Below, piece by piece: positions 63,800-64,000 of a DNA stretch of 64,000 nt (positions are counted from its first letter, which is position 1; every line of letters begins with the position of its first letter). Made by a program: the position numbers and the translations under genes. The notes beneath the pieces are model-generated. The model saw only the letters and a list, made by a program, of their open reading frames with translations, had not been told where the DNA came from and made no database searches. The stretch is from a virus (lineage: Duplodnaviria; Caudoviricetes): IMG/VR virus record IMGVR_UViG_3300031912_000871, positions 1 through 64,000 of that record. One strand, written 5' to 3'.

Positions 63800-64000
63800 A
63801 TGGTGGAAATGTCGACCCCCCCGCGGCAGACCTTCGCCGAACTCCTCGAACATCTCTTCGTCACCCATCCGAACCCAGCAACCCGGCGCCGCTACAGCGA
63901 CGCCGAGGTCGCCATAGCCGTCGGAATCTCCAAGACCGCCGTCTGGGCGTTACGCACCGGCCAGTCGAGCAACCCCACCCTGGAGACCATCTACGGCTTG
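63800..64000 (+). CDS. XRE/EspR-like HTH regulator (runs off right edge)
   Basis: TFAELLEHLF...YSDAEVA...ISKTAVWALRTGQSSNPTLETI. Confidence 0.8.
   Translation, partial: MVEMSTPPRQTFAELLEHLFVTHPNPATRRRYSDAEVAIAVGISKTAVWALRTGQSSNPTLETIYGL

Larger units (their letters stand above)
1210..64000. mobile_element. Temperate siphovirus-like phage-plasmid / conjugative prophage (continues past the right edge)
   Basis: Head-tail module, replication, RecT/YqaJ, ParA and TraB share the same promoter and leader motifs across the span. Confidence 0.85.

Overview
High-GC actinobacterial DNA (Micromonosporaceae-like by gene content; inference). Almost the whole window is one temperate phage/plasmid hybrid element, mostly on the minus strand. 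Right to left it carries: a siphovirus head, neck and tail module (portal-MuF fusion, HK97 protease, capsid, tail tube, frameshifted chaperone, tape measure, fibre with S74 chaperone); a lysis cassette with no visible endolysin; YqaJ/RecT recombination genes; WhiB; a replication initiator with internal iterons plus a DnaC-like loader; an XRE-DUF5753/DUF397/MFS cargo operon; a TraB (FtsK) conjugation block; a ParA plus RHH-like partition pair; an orphan terminase small subunit; about 35 small accessory genes; a PIN toxin-antitoxin pair; and a LexA box. The left end is the end of a separate tyrosine-recombinase element. No large terminase, CRISPR array, tRNA or reverse transcriptase was found. 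Three unannotated features stand out. (1) An ORF-less, hairpin-dense region of about 480 nt between neck genes has its own copy of the element's late-type promoter and is a candidate large structured phage ncRNA. (2) A GAGCG-loop hairpin with compensatory stem changes occurs 17 times, usually just upstream of the ribosome-binding site of an early or accessory gene. (3) Two element-specific promoter classes recur 11 and 8 times. All calls are by eye from the sequence and translations; no database searches were run.
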